DNA from: a candidate division FCPU426 bacterium
Lineage (GTDB): Bacteria; Oederibacteriota; Muellerivitia; Muellerivitales; Muellerivitaceae
Direction of reading: 5' to 3'
DNA length: 64,000 nt
Assembly (NCBI GenBank): GCA_963771075.1
Contig: CAVYSE010000003.1
Coordinates: 375,863 to 439,862, forward strand
Both the position numbers and the translations under genes were made by a program. Positions 1 through 9,491 of the stretch are shown piece after piece; positions within the stretch are counted from its first letter, which is position 1; every line of letters starts with the position of its first letter. Below the pieces are notes generated by a model. The model was not told where the DNA came from, searched no databases, and saw nothing but the letters and a program-made list of their open reading frames with translations.

Positions 1-921
1 CAGGGCCTTGGAATCCGGTGACGCCGGGAGCTGGCTTCCCCTTTCGGATGCCAGGGAAACGATACGGTCCCACCTCTCCGGGGTCTTCACCACCCGTCGC
101 AGGGTGGGAAAGCCCTTCCGGGTCAGGAACTTTGCGGTAATCCCGTTTGCCGCCACCATCAAATCCTCGATAAGTTCCCCAGCCCGGGTCTGTTCCTCGT
201 GTTTGAGATCGACGACCTGTCCATTTTCGGTGACGGCCCGAGTTTGGAGGGTGGTCAATTCCAAAGCTCCCGCCTCATACCTTCGTTTCCTCAAGCGCTG
301 GGCCGCCGCATCCTGTAGGCGAAGCTGGGCATCCATCCCCATGACCCGTTGGGCTGGTTCGGGAAGAGGCCCTCTTTTTTCCAGCCAGGCCGATACGCTG
401 ATGTAAGCGAGCTTGGCCTTGTTCATCACCCGGGCCCGGAAAACGCTGGACCGGGAAATCGAACCGTCCGCCTCCACATCCATCTCAATGACCAGGGCCA
501 GCCGGGTTTCGTCCTGATTCAAGGAAGTCAAGTCGGTGGAAAGCCTTTCCGGAAGCATGGGGAATGTCTTGACCCCCGTATAAACCGAGGTGGTATTCTT
601 CCCCGCGTGAAGATCCAGGGACGTCCCCTTGGAAACCAGCGAGTCCACGTCCGCCACACCCACCCACAGCCGCGTCCGGCTGCCTCCCAGGTCCTCGCCC
701 ACCGAGATCTGATCCAGGTCCCGGGAATCGTCGTTATCAATAGAACACCAAAGCATGTCACGCATGTCTTTGAGCTCCCCCGAAAGGTCCTGGGCGGATC
801 CGGAGAGACCGCGTAACTGTTGTAAAGCTTCCGATGAAAAATCAGGTTCAAGACCGAACGAGACCATGGTTCGGTCGGCTATCTGTGCTAAATAGCTTTC
901 TTTAGATTCATGGTTTTCCAA
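1..921 (-). CDS. RNB-domain ribonuclease (RNase II/R family), 3' part runs off the window
   Basis: Manual minus-strand translation from TTG at 921 (preceded by AAGGAG) gives SIDNDDSRDLDQ, VGVADVD, TSVYTGVKTFPML and LIEDLMVAAN, which are RNB motifs. Absent from the ORF track because there is no stop in the window. Confidence 0.85.
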   Translation of the reverse strand, partial: MENHESKESYLAQIADRTMVSFGLEPDFSSEALQQLRGLSGSAQDLSGELKDMRDMLWCSIDNDDSRDLDQISVGEDLGGSRTRLWVGVADVDSLVSKGTSLDLHAGKNTTSVYTGVKTFPMLPERLSTDLTSLNQDETRLALVIEMDVEADGSISRSSVFRARVMNKAKLAYISVSAWLEKRGPLPEPAQRVMGMDAQLRLQDAAAQRLRKRRYEAGALELTTLQTRAVTENGQVVDLKHEEQTRAGELIEDLMVAANGITAKFLTRKGFPTLRRVVKTPERWDRIVSLASERGSQLPASPDSKAL

Positions 922-1042
922 AATGATCTCCTTAAACAAGTTGAAGACGATTGGTACAAAAAGGGCCGGTATCGGCGTCGCTACGTTACACTTTCTTTTA
1001 GGAAGGATCTCAACTTTTTCTTGGATTAAACCGGCTTGGGTC

Positions 1043-2518
1043 CTATTTCAGGTTTTGAGACCGATCGGATGGGATTTTAAACTCGGTCATGATTTCCGAG
1101 GTGGCTTGGGCGGCCTTGGTCGCATCAAACACGATCTTCGTGCCGAACCAGGCGTGATCGTCGATCTCAATCACATGGTAGACCCCCAGGGGGCTCTTGA
1201 ACGCCTCAATGAGGTCCTTCATTTCGGAGATAGGTTTTCCATTCACCTTTTCCACGATGAGGTTGTTTTCCTTGTCGTATCCCGTGTTGATGTCATGCGG
1301 AAGGACATGGCTGATGAGGATAACCTGTTTGTGTTCAGGCGTTGGAAAGCCATGCAGGTAAAGGTCTTTGAGTTCAGGTTTGAAATTTTCCCAGTTCCCC
1401 ATTTGGAAATAGTTGGCGGTCAAGGGGACGAACACGAACCCGGCGTACAAGAAATAGGTGGGGTGGGTGTTATCCGGCCGAAAGGGGACAAGCTTGGAAA
1501 TGGCCTTGAGAAGCACCATTAGCTTCATCGCTTGGCCGTTTCGTAATATATCCAGGCTCACCTGCTCATGGATCAGGTAATAGGTAATCAAATAAGTCCA
1601 ATCGATCCTCTGGGACTTGGATAGGTTAATGTCGCCCTCATTGTCGATCGGGTGCCCATCGATCCCGGTGAGGATATCCCCTACCTGTAAAATTCCATCA
1701 GCGGAAGACCCATTCACGATTCGAGTGACCACTACCCCCGTCTTGTCCCCCGGAAGCTTGTAAAAGCTTTGAAGCGCCGGATTTTCGAGGTTTTGCACAT
1801 AAACGCCCATGTCCGGGAACCCGGAATATTCTTGGTGAACCTTGATGTTCCTTAAAAAGGCCTGCACCACATTGATGGGGATGACGGTTCCCGTTTTATC
1901 GGGCTCATGGACGGACTCAAATGTCAGGCCGACAAACTTACCTTTATCAAAAACCGGACAACCGTCTTTTTTGACGTCAATAGGCTCGTAAGTGATCAAG
2001 CCCGGCAGGTACCGTTGGCATTCCGACGACCAAACCATGTCCAACCCGGAAAGGGTATCTTCCTTCTTGGATAACTCTTCCCCTCCGTGAATGAGGATCT
2101 TGTCCCCGGGGGAAGGCATATCTCCGAATTCGGCGGGCAGGGAATCCTTGAAGAATTCCTTGTCTTCAATAGATAACAAGGCCAGATCCATGTCGTAACC
2201 TATCTGCTCCACCTTTGCCACATAACGCTTGGTCTCCCCGAATTTCTGGACCTCGATATAGTTTCCTTTGTTCACGAAATGGGACGTGGTCAGGATGCGG
2301 TTCCCGGGGATAACCACCCCGCAACCCTCCAACTGGACCTGGGTGCCGGGTTTCCAGGGTTCGTAAAAATCGACGTTCTGGATGGTCGTGAAAATCTTGA
2401 CGACGGACCTTTTCAGGTCCTTCTCGCTTCTTCCACGGCAAGCGGACAGAAAAAGCATACCCACAAACAGGATCGCCAAGATCGGCCGGGGCGGGAACAT
2501 TTTCAGGGTAACCCTCAT
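1043..2518 (-). CDS. HtrA/DegP-like trypsin-PDZ lipoprotein, probably catalytically inactive
   Basis: Full-length paralog of 2515..4053 with a lipobox-like LSAC. His (ILTTSH) and Asp (DMDLALL) are kept, but GNSGGP is replaced by KKDGCP. Confidence 0.8.
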   Translation of the reverse strand: MRVTLKMFPPRPILAILFVGMLFLSACRGRSEKDLKRSVVKIFTTIQNVDFYEPWKPGTQVQLEGCGVVIPGNRILTTSHFVNKGNYIEVQKFGETKRYVAKVEQIGYDMDLALLSIEDKEFFKDSLPAEFGDMPSPGDKILIHGGEELSKKEDTLSGLDMVWSSECQRYLPGLITYEPIDVKKDGCPVFDKGKFVGLTFESVHEPDKTGTVIPINVVQAFLRNIKVHQEYSGFPDMGVYVQNLENPALQSFYKLPGDKTGVVVTRIVNGSSADGILQVGDILTGIDGHPIDNEGDINLSKSQRIDWTYLITYYLIHEQVSLDILRNGQAMKLMVLLKAISKLVPFRPDNTHPTYFLYAGFVFVPLTANYFQMGNWENFKPELKDLYLHGFPTPEHKQVILISHVLPHDINTGYDKENNLIVEKVNGKPISEMKDLIEAFKSPLGVYHVIEIDDHAWFGTKIVFDATKAAQATSEIMTEFKIPSDRSQNLK

Positions 2519-4053
2519 TTCAGGTCCTGCGACCGGTCGCTGGGAATGTTGTTCTTGGACAATATCTCCTCGGTGGCTTGTTTGGACCGTGTCGCATCCA
2601 GGACTATCCTTGTGCCAACCTCCACCGGATTATCGATTTCAATGATGTGTTTCCCGTCCTGGGGCTTCTCAAAAGCCTGGATCAAATCTTTCATTTCCGT
2701 GATGGGAACCCCGTTCACCTTTTGGACGACCAGGTTGGTGTACCGGGGTCCGTAGCCCTTGTTGATCTCGTGGGAAAGGATGTGGCTGATGATCACGACT
2801 TGCTTTCGATCCTCCGATGGCAAACCCTCGAAATAGAGGGGCATGAACCCCGAGAAACTGGCCTTGGAAGTCTGGAAGTAATTGGCGCAGAGGGGGGTGA
2901 ATACCAGTCCCCCAAAAATGAAATAGGTCGGGTCGGTGTCGTATTTCACCAGGGGAACCAGCCGGGCGTCCGCCTTGAGGGTTACCGTCAGCTTCAACGG
3001 CTTCTGATCCCGCAGGACGTCGAGAACCATGTTCTCGCCGATCCGGTGCAAACAGAGGGGATACTGGAAATTCACGCGTTCGCCCTTGCGGAAATAAATA
3101 GTCCCGTCATTGGCGATGGGGTAGCCGTCGATGGAGAGTAGAATGTCGTTTTCCTGAACATGTCCCCAGGCGGAAGACCCATAGATCACCTTGGAAACCA
3201 GCAAACCGGTCTGGTCCGGCGCCATGCCGTAATAATTCCGCAGGGCGTCATTTTCCATGAACTCGGTGTAAAGACCCAGGGTGGGGACCGGGCTATAGCT
3301 CCCGGCCTTGATTTGGTCCAGGAACCGCTGGACCAACTGCACCGGAACGATGTAACCGGTGTTTTGAGCGACCATCGCGTTATAGCCCTGGAAGGCCACA
3401 CCGACCATTTTCTTACGGCTGAACACCGGCCCCCCGCTGTTGCCGGGGTTGATCGCGGCGTTGGTTTGGATGCCCAGCAGGTACCGCATCGAGTGGGAGT
3501 AGGGGATAACCTCAATGCGGGAAACTTCACCCTCGGTGATGGACAATTCCTCTCCCCCCACGGGATAGCCGTAAACCGCCACCTGGTCCTTCAAGGAAGG
3601 CACCCCCCCGAACTTGACGGGTTTGGTTCCCTTGAAAAATTTCGGGTCCTCCACCCGCAAAATGGCCAGGTCACAATCATGGGCCACGAATATTTTTTTC
3701 GCGGTGTATTTCTTGGTGTCCCCGTCCTTGAGTACCTGAATGAAAATCTCATTGGATACTACGTGGGCGTTGGTCAGAATCCGGTTTCCCGAAATGACGC
3801 ACCCGCTGCCGCTAACGTTTTCCTCCGGACCCACTCGCCAGGGCTCGAAATAATTGGGGTTCTGGATCGTGGTGAAAATCTTGACCAGCGATTTGCGCAA
3901 AGGATCGTCCGTGGCAGTCGAAACCCTGGGCAAGAGATACGCCAAGGCAAAAAGGGCAAGGAACAGCGTGGAAGCGATTCGTCCAATTTTTAAATTGTTT
4001 AAACTAGGTAATTTCGGGCTCAAAACCAACTCCAGAAGTATGAAAAGGATCAA
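2515..4053 (-). CDS. HtrA/DegP (Deg2-like) serine protease with PDZ domains
   Basis: ILTNAHVV, DCDLAIL and AAINPGNSGGP catalytic triad motifs, with C-terminal PDZ regions. Start codon uncertain. Confidence 0.92.
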   Translation of the reverse strand: MILFILLELVLSPKLPSLNNLKIGRIASTLFLALFALAYLLPRVSTATDDPLRKSLVKIFTTIQNPNYFEPWRVGPEENVSGSGCVISGNRILTNAHVVSNEIFIQVLKDGDTKKYTAKKIFVAHDCDLAILRVEDPKFFKGTKPVKFGGVPSLKDQVAVYGYPVGGEELSITEGEVSRIEVIPYSHSMRYLLGIQTNAAINPGNSGGPVFSRKKMVGVAFQGYNAMVAQNTGYIVPVQLVQRFLDQIKAGSYSPVPTLGLYTEFMENDALRNYYGMAPDQTGLLVSKVIYGSSAWGHVQENDILLSIDGYPIANDGTIYFRKGERVNFQYPLCLHRIGENMVLDVLRDQKPLKLTVTLKADARLVPLVKYDTDPTYFIFGGLVFTPLCANYFQTSKASFSGFMPLYFEGLPSEDRKQVVIISHILSHEINKGYGPRYTNLVVQKVNGVPITEMKDLIQAFEKPQDGKHIIEIDNPVEVGTRIVLDATRSKQATEEILSKNNIPSDRSQDLK

Positions 4054-4235
4054 TAAGCCAGGTTAGAACTAACCCCAAAAGCGCGTCAGTTTAACACGTC
4101 CCGATTCATCCAATAACCCAATTTTCGGGGAAAGGTGCGGCTGATCAAAGGCTTAAATTAGAACCGGGAAGCCCATTGACTTATTGTGAAAAGAGATAAA
4201 CAGGACAAACTCATCAGCCCCAAAACCAAGGGACT

Positions 4236-4691
4236 CTATTCGAAACCATAAAAGGAATAGGGAATCGCCTTGGAGTCCTGTACTGTGCTATTCACATAGA
4301 CAATACCGTTCGAGCTGTCGTACAGCCAGCCCGAGGATGAACCCGTCGGCACTTTATTTTGAGTGGTCACGGATACCAGGTTTCCTGCCGGGCTCGGCGC
4401 GCTGAGCACGCAATAACCCGTTACCTTCACCGACTCCAGATTTCCCATGTACTTACTGAATGAATAAGTGGAAAAGCTATTGAGGGTGGATGGCCAAACG
4501 CCCTGGTTGTCCCCGTAATAAATCGAACTTGCTGATTTTAACGCTCCCAAATTACCCTTCGTGGCGCCTTCTCGTGATTTTTCGATCATCACCGCGAATT
4601 TCGGAATCGCAATGGCGGCCAAAATTCCAATAATCGCGACAACGATCATTAATTCAATAAGTGTAAAACCCTTACTTTTTAAATGAATCAT
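4236..4691 (-). CDS. Type IV pilin / type II secretion pseudopilin with prepilin N-methylation site
   Basis: KGFTLIELMIVVAIIGILAAIAIPKF class III signal. Likely ATG at 4691. Confidence 0.9.
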   Translation of the reverse strand: MIHLKSKGFTLIELMIVVAIIGILAAIAIPKFAVMIEKSREGATKGNLGALKSASSIYYGDNQGVWPSTLNSFSTYSFSKYMGNLESVKVTGYCVLSAPSPAGNLVSVTTQNKVPTGSSSGWLYDSSNGIVYVNSTVQDSKAIPYSFYGFE

Positions 4692-4854
4692 CTCCGCCTC
4701 CCTCAATACCGAAAGCCCATTGACCCTTGACCCCAAACAGGGCCTTCAGTTCATAATATTTTATTACTTTTCAAAATATTTAAATATGAATAAATCGGCG
4801 TTAAAACGATAGTTTTTTTAACCCGATCACTAATTTGCAAAGGATAATCCTTGA

Positions 4855-6792
4855 ATGAATCCGATGAACTCGCCTCCCAGTCCCCCCATCCGTGACAAGG
4901 GGTCAACGGATGATCGTATTCTCCCGCTTGGGGCGATCGCTATCCTGCCCGCCCTTATCACTTTTTTGTTTTACCTGCCGTCGCTCAATAATAGTTTTGT
5001 GAATTGGGATGATCCAGAGAATATCCTGAATAATCCGCATATCCGCAGTCTCAGCTTGGATTCCATTGGGTGGATGTTCACGAACTTTTACCAAGCCTTC
5101 TGGATACCCCTCAACTGGCTTTCCCTCGCCTTGGATTACAGTTTGGGTCATCTGGACCCCGTCACCTACCATTTCCACAATCTGAGCCTGCATTGCCTGA
5201 ATACCCTCCTCGTTTTTTTTGTGAGCCGGAAAATATTCCTTGTGGCCTCCTCAAGCCCGGATACCGCGGATCCAAAAGCTTCTTGGCCCCAGTCCGCGGC
5301 ATTTCTGACCGCCCTTTTATTCGGGCTCCATCCCATTCACGTGGAATCGGTAGTTTGGGTCACCGAGCGAAAGGATCTACTCGGAGGATTTTATTGCTTG
5401 TTAAGCCTGGGGGCCTATTTGGAACACGTAACCCGCCCCGATGGTAAGAAATGGAGATATTTCCTGAGCTTGGCCTTTTTCATCCTTTCGCTTTTATGCA
5501 AGCCCATGGCCATGACCCTGCCCTTGGTATTCATGCTATTGGACCATTGGCCGTTGAGAAGGATAAAAATCTTCTCAGCCCACGGACTTCAGGAAAAAGT
5601 CCCTTTTTTCATCCTTGCCTTCTGCGCAGGCGGGATCAGCCTCCTGGCCCAATCCCATTTCGGCATGGTTCCCAACTTCGATCAATTACCCCTTTCTTAC
5701 AGGATCATGAACGCATTCCATTCCCTCGTTTTTTATCTGGTTAAAATATTTGTTCCCATCCGCCTAGCGGCCCTCTATCCCATCGTGTTATTGAAAACCT
5801 ATTCGCTTGAGTATTTGGTTTATCTTTGGGCAGTCCTGATGATTAGCTTGGCCACTTTTTTAAACCGCCGGACCCGGCCCTACCTGGCCGTGGCCTGGCT
5901 GATTTATATCGTCACCTTGTCGCCGGTATTAGGAATTCAATATGTCGGTATTCAATGCGCTGCGGACCATTTCACTTACCTCCCGAGCCTCGCTCCCTTT
6001 ATGCTCCTATCTTCGGCCCTGGCGGTCATCCTTTCCAACCGTCGCGCTTTTTGGGGGTTTCTTTGCGTGGTTTTAAGCGTCTCCATGGGAATTGCGACGG
6101 CATATCAATCCATGACTTGGAAGAATTCCGTAAACCTTTGGGAAAGAGTCATTAAGGTTGCCTCGCCCTATATCTATGATTTCATTTATGAGCATTTGGG
6201 AGATGCCTATACGGCCGAAAGCCGGTGGGATGAGGCCTCGCGGGCCTATTATTCGGCTCTCGCCCTCTCCCCTTTCAAACCTGGCTTACATGAAAAAAGA
6301 GGGATCGTGCTTATCAACCAAAACTTGCCAGCGGAGGCCGCCAAGGAATTCGAGCAAGAAGTAAGCTTTGATCCTAAAAATCCAATGGCCCACCGTTACC
6401 TCTATTTCGCGTACCAAAAGATCGGGAAATCAACGGAAGCCCTGGCGGAAGTTCAAAAAGCGATCGAAATCGACCCGAAATTGCCTGGGGTTTATAACAG
6501 TTTGGGGGCATCTTATTTTTCGATGAAAAAGTACGACCTGGCGGTCGGGGCCTTTGAAAAGGCCCACGAGATGGACCCTCAAAACCTGGATTGCCTGATG
6601 AATTTGGCGGCGGCCTATACCTTTTCGGGAAAACCGGAGGGCTCGATCCAGGCGCTTAAAATGGCTCTTGCCATCCAGTCCCAAGACCCCAATATCTACC
6701 AAAAATTGGGCGAGGCCTACGAGAAGCTAGGCGATCAAGAATCGGCAAATCAGGCCTTTGCCGCAGCTAACAGCATGGGTAAAAAAGAGTGA
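4855..6792 (+). CDS. TMTC-like membrane protein (GT-C type O-mannosyltransferase-like) with C-terminal TPRs
   Basis: FVNWDD, LHPIHVESVVWVTERKDLL and ADHFTYLP motifs, many TM segments, TPR tail. Confidence 0.85.
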   Translation: MNPMNSPPSPPIRDKGSTDDRILPLGAIAILPALITFLFYLPSLNNSFVNWDDPENILNNPHIRSLSLDSIGWMFTNFYQAFWIPLNWLSLALDYSLGHLDPVTYHFHNLSLHCLNTLLVFFVSRKIFLVASSSPDTADPKASWPQSAAFLTALLFGLHPIHVESVVWVTERKDLLGGFYCLLSLGAYLEHVTRPDGKKWRYFLSLAFFILSLLCKPMAMTLPLVFMLLDHWPLRRIKIFSAHGLQEKVPFFILAFCAGGISLLAQSHFGMVPNFDQLPLSYRIMNAFHSLVFYLVKIFVPIRLAALYPIVLLKTYSLEYLVYLWAVLMISLATFLNRRTRPYLAVAWLIYIVTLSPVLGIQYVGIQCAADHFTYLPSLAPFMLLSSALAVILSNRRAFWGFLCVVLSVSMGIATAYQSMTWKNSVNLWERVIKVASPYIYDFIYEHLGDAYTAESRWDEASRAYYSALALSPFKPGLHEKRGIVLINQNLPAEAAKEFEQEVSFDPKNPMAHRYLYFAYQKIGKSTEALAEVQKAIEIDPKLPGVYNSLGASYFSMKKYDLAVGAFEKAHEMDPQNLDCLMNLAAAYTFSGKPEGSIQALKMALAIQSQDPNIYQKLGEAYEKLGDQESANQAFAAANSMGKKE

Positions 6793-7225
6793 TGTTCTCG
6801 TAAGTTTTGTTGCCAAGGTCGCCGGTTCATGAAAAAGGCTTATAAATGGAACGTTCTTTTTTCCCCTTTTATCATTCCCCATGGGTTCTCGCTCTATAAC
6901 CACCGTAAAACAAAAACGACCTTAAGCCTGAATTGCTAAGGGGCGTTAAACCTCGATTAATAACAGTTAAACCCTGAAAAATATTATTAGTCGGAAATAA
7001 AAAGCAGAAACACGTTGGGTCCATATAGTAGAGCCCTTCGCACGACCTGCTCGCTCAGGGCACACCATATGGCCGCGCCATATATCGTGTTGCCCGAAAA
7101 CAAAAAAGCCCCATAGCAGAGGCACCTTGGGTGCCACGCTATAGGGCATATTTAATTGGGCAACTCTGATTTTTTGCTGGCCCTGAAGCAGAGCTTCGCA
7201 CGCTTCACGGCTCGCCATATTTCGT

Positions 7226-7242
7226 GATTCCCGAAGGGAATC
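7226..7242 (-). terminator. Stable hairpin just downstream of the tRNA 3' fragment (terminator-like)
   Basis: GATTCCC-TTC-GGGAATC on the minus strand, inside a longer imperfect inverted repeat. Confidence 0.35.
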
Positions 7243-7251
7243 TCTGATATA

Positions 7252-7296
7252 TGGCGGGGTTGACGGGGCTCGAACCCGCGACCTCCTGCGTGACAG
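7252..7296 (-). tRNA. 3' half of tRNA-Asp(GTC), attachment-site (att) remnant of the adjacent integrative element
   Basis: Minus strand CTGTCACGCAGGAGGTCGCGGGTTCGAGCCCCGTCAACCCCGCCA covers the anticodon loop, T-arm GGTTCGA and CCA end. No D-arm or 5' half is present, and it lies 55 bp from the integrase stop. Confidence 0.88.
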
Positions 7297-7350
7297 CGGG
7301 ATGATCGCGATTCATCAACCTTCTAAACCCTTTTAATTACAACGAAAAAT

Positions 7351-8451
7351 TCACTTCGAAACTTGCTCACCCTCAGCAGGAGTCTTATTCGTGTCTAACG
7401 ACCTTTTCAACTGATTCAGCGCATCCAGACGGTCTTGCCGGTCTATCCGGTTGTACCGTTTGAACATCGCATAGGTCTTATGGCCCGAAATCGACATGAT
7501 AACCGAGTCGCTTACACCCGCTTTCCTGAGGTTAGTCACAGCGCAATGCCTAAGATCATGAAACCTGAAATCTTTGATCCCAGCCGCGCGGATGGCATTC
7601 CAAAAAGCGGTTTTAATGTTCTTAATACGTTGGCCCTTATGCGTGAAAACGTAAGGGCTCCCAAGGGTCTTCGGTATCCTTTTCAGAAGGTCGATCAGCT
7701 CCTCCGTTAAAGGAATTTCCCTTTTCTCCTGGGTCTTGGTTTCGGTGGCTTCCAGGATGATGACCCTGTTTTTAAGGTCCACCTGTTCCCACCTTAGGCC
7801 AAGAATCTCGCCTCTCCTCATGCCTGTCCAATAAGCCAACTGGACAATGGCACTCAGGCGTGACGAACAACGGCTCAAGAGCGTCCGGTATTCTTCTTGG
7901 GTCAAAGTGCGGTCACGGGATATTTCTTTGAAACCCCTGACTCTCTGGATCGGGTTTTTCTCCAATAAACCATTGAAGACCGCCCGATTCACGATGCACT
8001 TGAGAACACCAAGTTCCCTGTTGACGGTACTACTGGATAAGGGTTTTCCAGGATAGGCGATATTGCCCGCCTTCCTCCGTTGGGTCAAATAACCCTCAAC
8101 TATATCGGGGTTCAAACTATTCAAGGCCCTATCACCAAAATAGACCTTGAGTCGATTGACCATAAACCGGTCGTTCCTATTGGTCTTCCGCCTCGCCTCG
8201 GAATAAGCCAAGAACGAATCAGCCGCCTCGTTGAAAGTTACCTCTGGTTTTTCCCCGGCTAAAAGTCTTCCAGCCAACATATCTTGCATGTGTTGAGCCA
8301 GAACTTTCCTTGCCTGGACCAAAGGGACAGGCCCTAACCGGACCCTTCTCCTAATCCTTTTTTCTCCTTCCTTCAAATAGTAATCTAAAAAGAACCCAGC
8401 ACCATCTTTTCGAAGGTATTGGGGTAATCCGTGGACATTAGGTTTGCTCAT
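7351..8451 (-). CDS. Tyrosine recombinase / phage-type integrase
   Basis: TGMRRGEIL, FHDLRH, SGHKT and RY catalytic motifs; adjacent to the tRNA att site. Confidence 0.95.
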   Translation of the reverse strand: MSKPNVHGLPQYLRKDGAGFFLDYYLKEGEKRIRRRVRLGPVPLVQARKVLAQHMQDMLAGRLLAGEKPEVTFNEAADSFLAYSEARRKTNRNDRFMVNRLKVYFGDRALNSLNPDIVEGYLTQRRKAGNIAYPGKPLSSSTVNRELGVLKCIVNRAVFNGLLEKNPIQRVRGFKEISRDRTLTQEEYRTLLSRCSSRLSAIVQLAYWTGMRRGEILGLRWEQVDLKNRVIILEATETKTQEKREIPLTEELIDLLKRIPKTLGSPYVFTHKGQRIKNIKTAFWNAIRAAGIKDFRFHDLRHCAVTNLRKAGVSDSVIMSISGHKTYAMFKRYNRIDRQDRLDALNQLKRSLDTNKTPAEGEQVSK

Positions 8452-8486
8452 CGCATCCTCCTAATGTCACAGGCATTCGTATTTTA

Positions 8487-8756
8487 TCACTTTTTATCGT
8501 TTCCATTCAAAGGTTCCCACGGCCCATTGTTTTTTGGTTGGTGAAAGGTTTTCTGGAATTCGGACAGCCAAACCCTAGGATGCCTTCCGACCTTCACGAA
8601 CGGAAGCATACCCGCCCATCGCCAGTAACAAACGGTATTTACGGATACCGCCGCCAACAAGGCCACTTCCACGTCGGACAAGAGGTAGTCCGGGTTGGCT
8701 TTCCGCAGGGCGTCCAGGTTGGCTTTCCGTCGGTCCCCTTTTCTTCGGTTTGGCAT
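8487..8756 (-). CDS. Excisionase-like helix-turn-helix protein
   Basis: LLSDVEVALLAAVSVNTVCYWRWAGMLPFVKVGRHPRV resembles an HTH_17 fold; directly upstream of the integrase. Confidence 0.75.
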   Translation of the reverse strand: MPNRRKGDRRKANLDALRKANPDYLLSDVEVALLAAVSVNTVCYWRWAGMLPFVKVGRHPRVWLSEFQKTFHQPKNNGPWEPLNGNDKK

Positions 8757-8780
8757 TTTTTCCCTCAGCTATTTTCAAGA

Positions 8781-9078
8781 CTATTTCTCAGCAGAAGAGG
8801 CGTTCTTTTCCTTCTTTTTGAACTCCACAACCGCCGCCTTTTCAATTTCTTCCTTGGCTTTCTTTGTTGGCGTTACAGAAGTGGAAATACTCGCCATCCT
8901 TTTTGCCGGGTCTTGACGGGAAACCCACAAATAATCCATCGCCATCCTTCTTCTTCACCAAAGTTAGGTCGTTGAAGAAGAACTCGTAACTAGATATTGC
9001 GACCTTTACGTCGAAAAACGCCTTGGTGTTTTCCCCTTCATAGGGGTACATCCTCGTCACCTTGATCTTTAAAGCCAT
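8781..9078 (-). CDS. SpoVG-like protein (apparent +1 frameshift near 8860)
   Basis: KAFFDV..LTLVKKKDGDGLFVGFPSR motif. Removing one A at AAAGAAAGCC restores AKEEIEKAAVVEFKK, matching the paralog's C-terminus. Confidence 0.75.
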
Positions 9079-9109
9079 TTGTTGCCTCCGTTGATTTTTA
9101 TTCCGCCCG

Positions 9110-9451
9110 TCACCTTTTCACTTTTCTCCTTTCTTCCCGCGTTACCTGGTCTTCCTCTATGGGCACCTGCGAGCTTTCCTTGATTTTCTTCTCGTACTCG
9201 GCGATTGCGACTTTCTCAATATCTTTCCGGGTATTCGGGTCCATGTAGCAAATATCGTGATACTCCCCTTCCTGCCTTCCAGGCCTAGAAGGAAGGCCCA
9301 GGAACAAACCATTCCCTTCTTTCTTTTTAACGAGCGTCAATTCGTTGTAACCAAAGACACGACCGGATATTTGAACCTTCGCCCCGACAAAAGCCTTCGT
9401 GTGTTCCCCGTCATAGGGAAACATCCTTGTTATTCTTACTTTTAAACCCAT
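9110..9451 (-). CDS. SpoVG-like protein
   Basis: MGLKVRITRMFPY..KAFV..GLFLGLPSR..GEYHDIC..RKDIEKVAIAEY. ATG at 9451 with AGGAG RBS. Confidence 0.8.
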   Translation of the reverse strand: MGLKVRITRMFPYDGEHTKAFVGAKVQISGRVFGYNELTLVKKKEGNGLFLGLPSRPGRQEGEYHDICYMDPNTRKDIEKVAIAEYEKKIKESSQVPIEEDQVTREERRKVKR

Positions 9452-9491
9452 GTTTTTTCTCCTTTTGAAATGAATGTCCCATGAGAAACCG

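Noticed and set aside
8..1522. Plus-strand ORFs 8..406, 349..816 and 923..1522, and similar antisense ORFs across GC-rich genes
   Set aside because: They are shadows of well-supported opposite-strand genes and have no recognisable motifs.
7020..7150. REP-like hairpins or small RNA (GCCCTTCG..GCTCAGGGC; GGCACC-TTG-GGTGCC)
   Set aside because: Single occurrence in the window; no family can be supported without a search.
7252..7325. Complete tRNA-Asp gene
   Set aside because: Sequence beyond the anticodon loop cannot form a D-arm or the 5' acceptor strand; only the 3' 45 nt are present.
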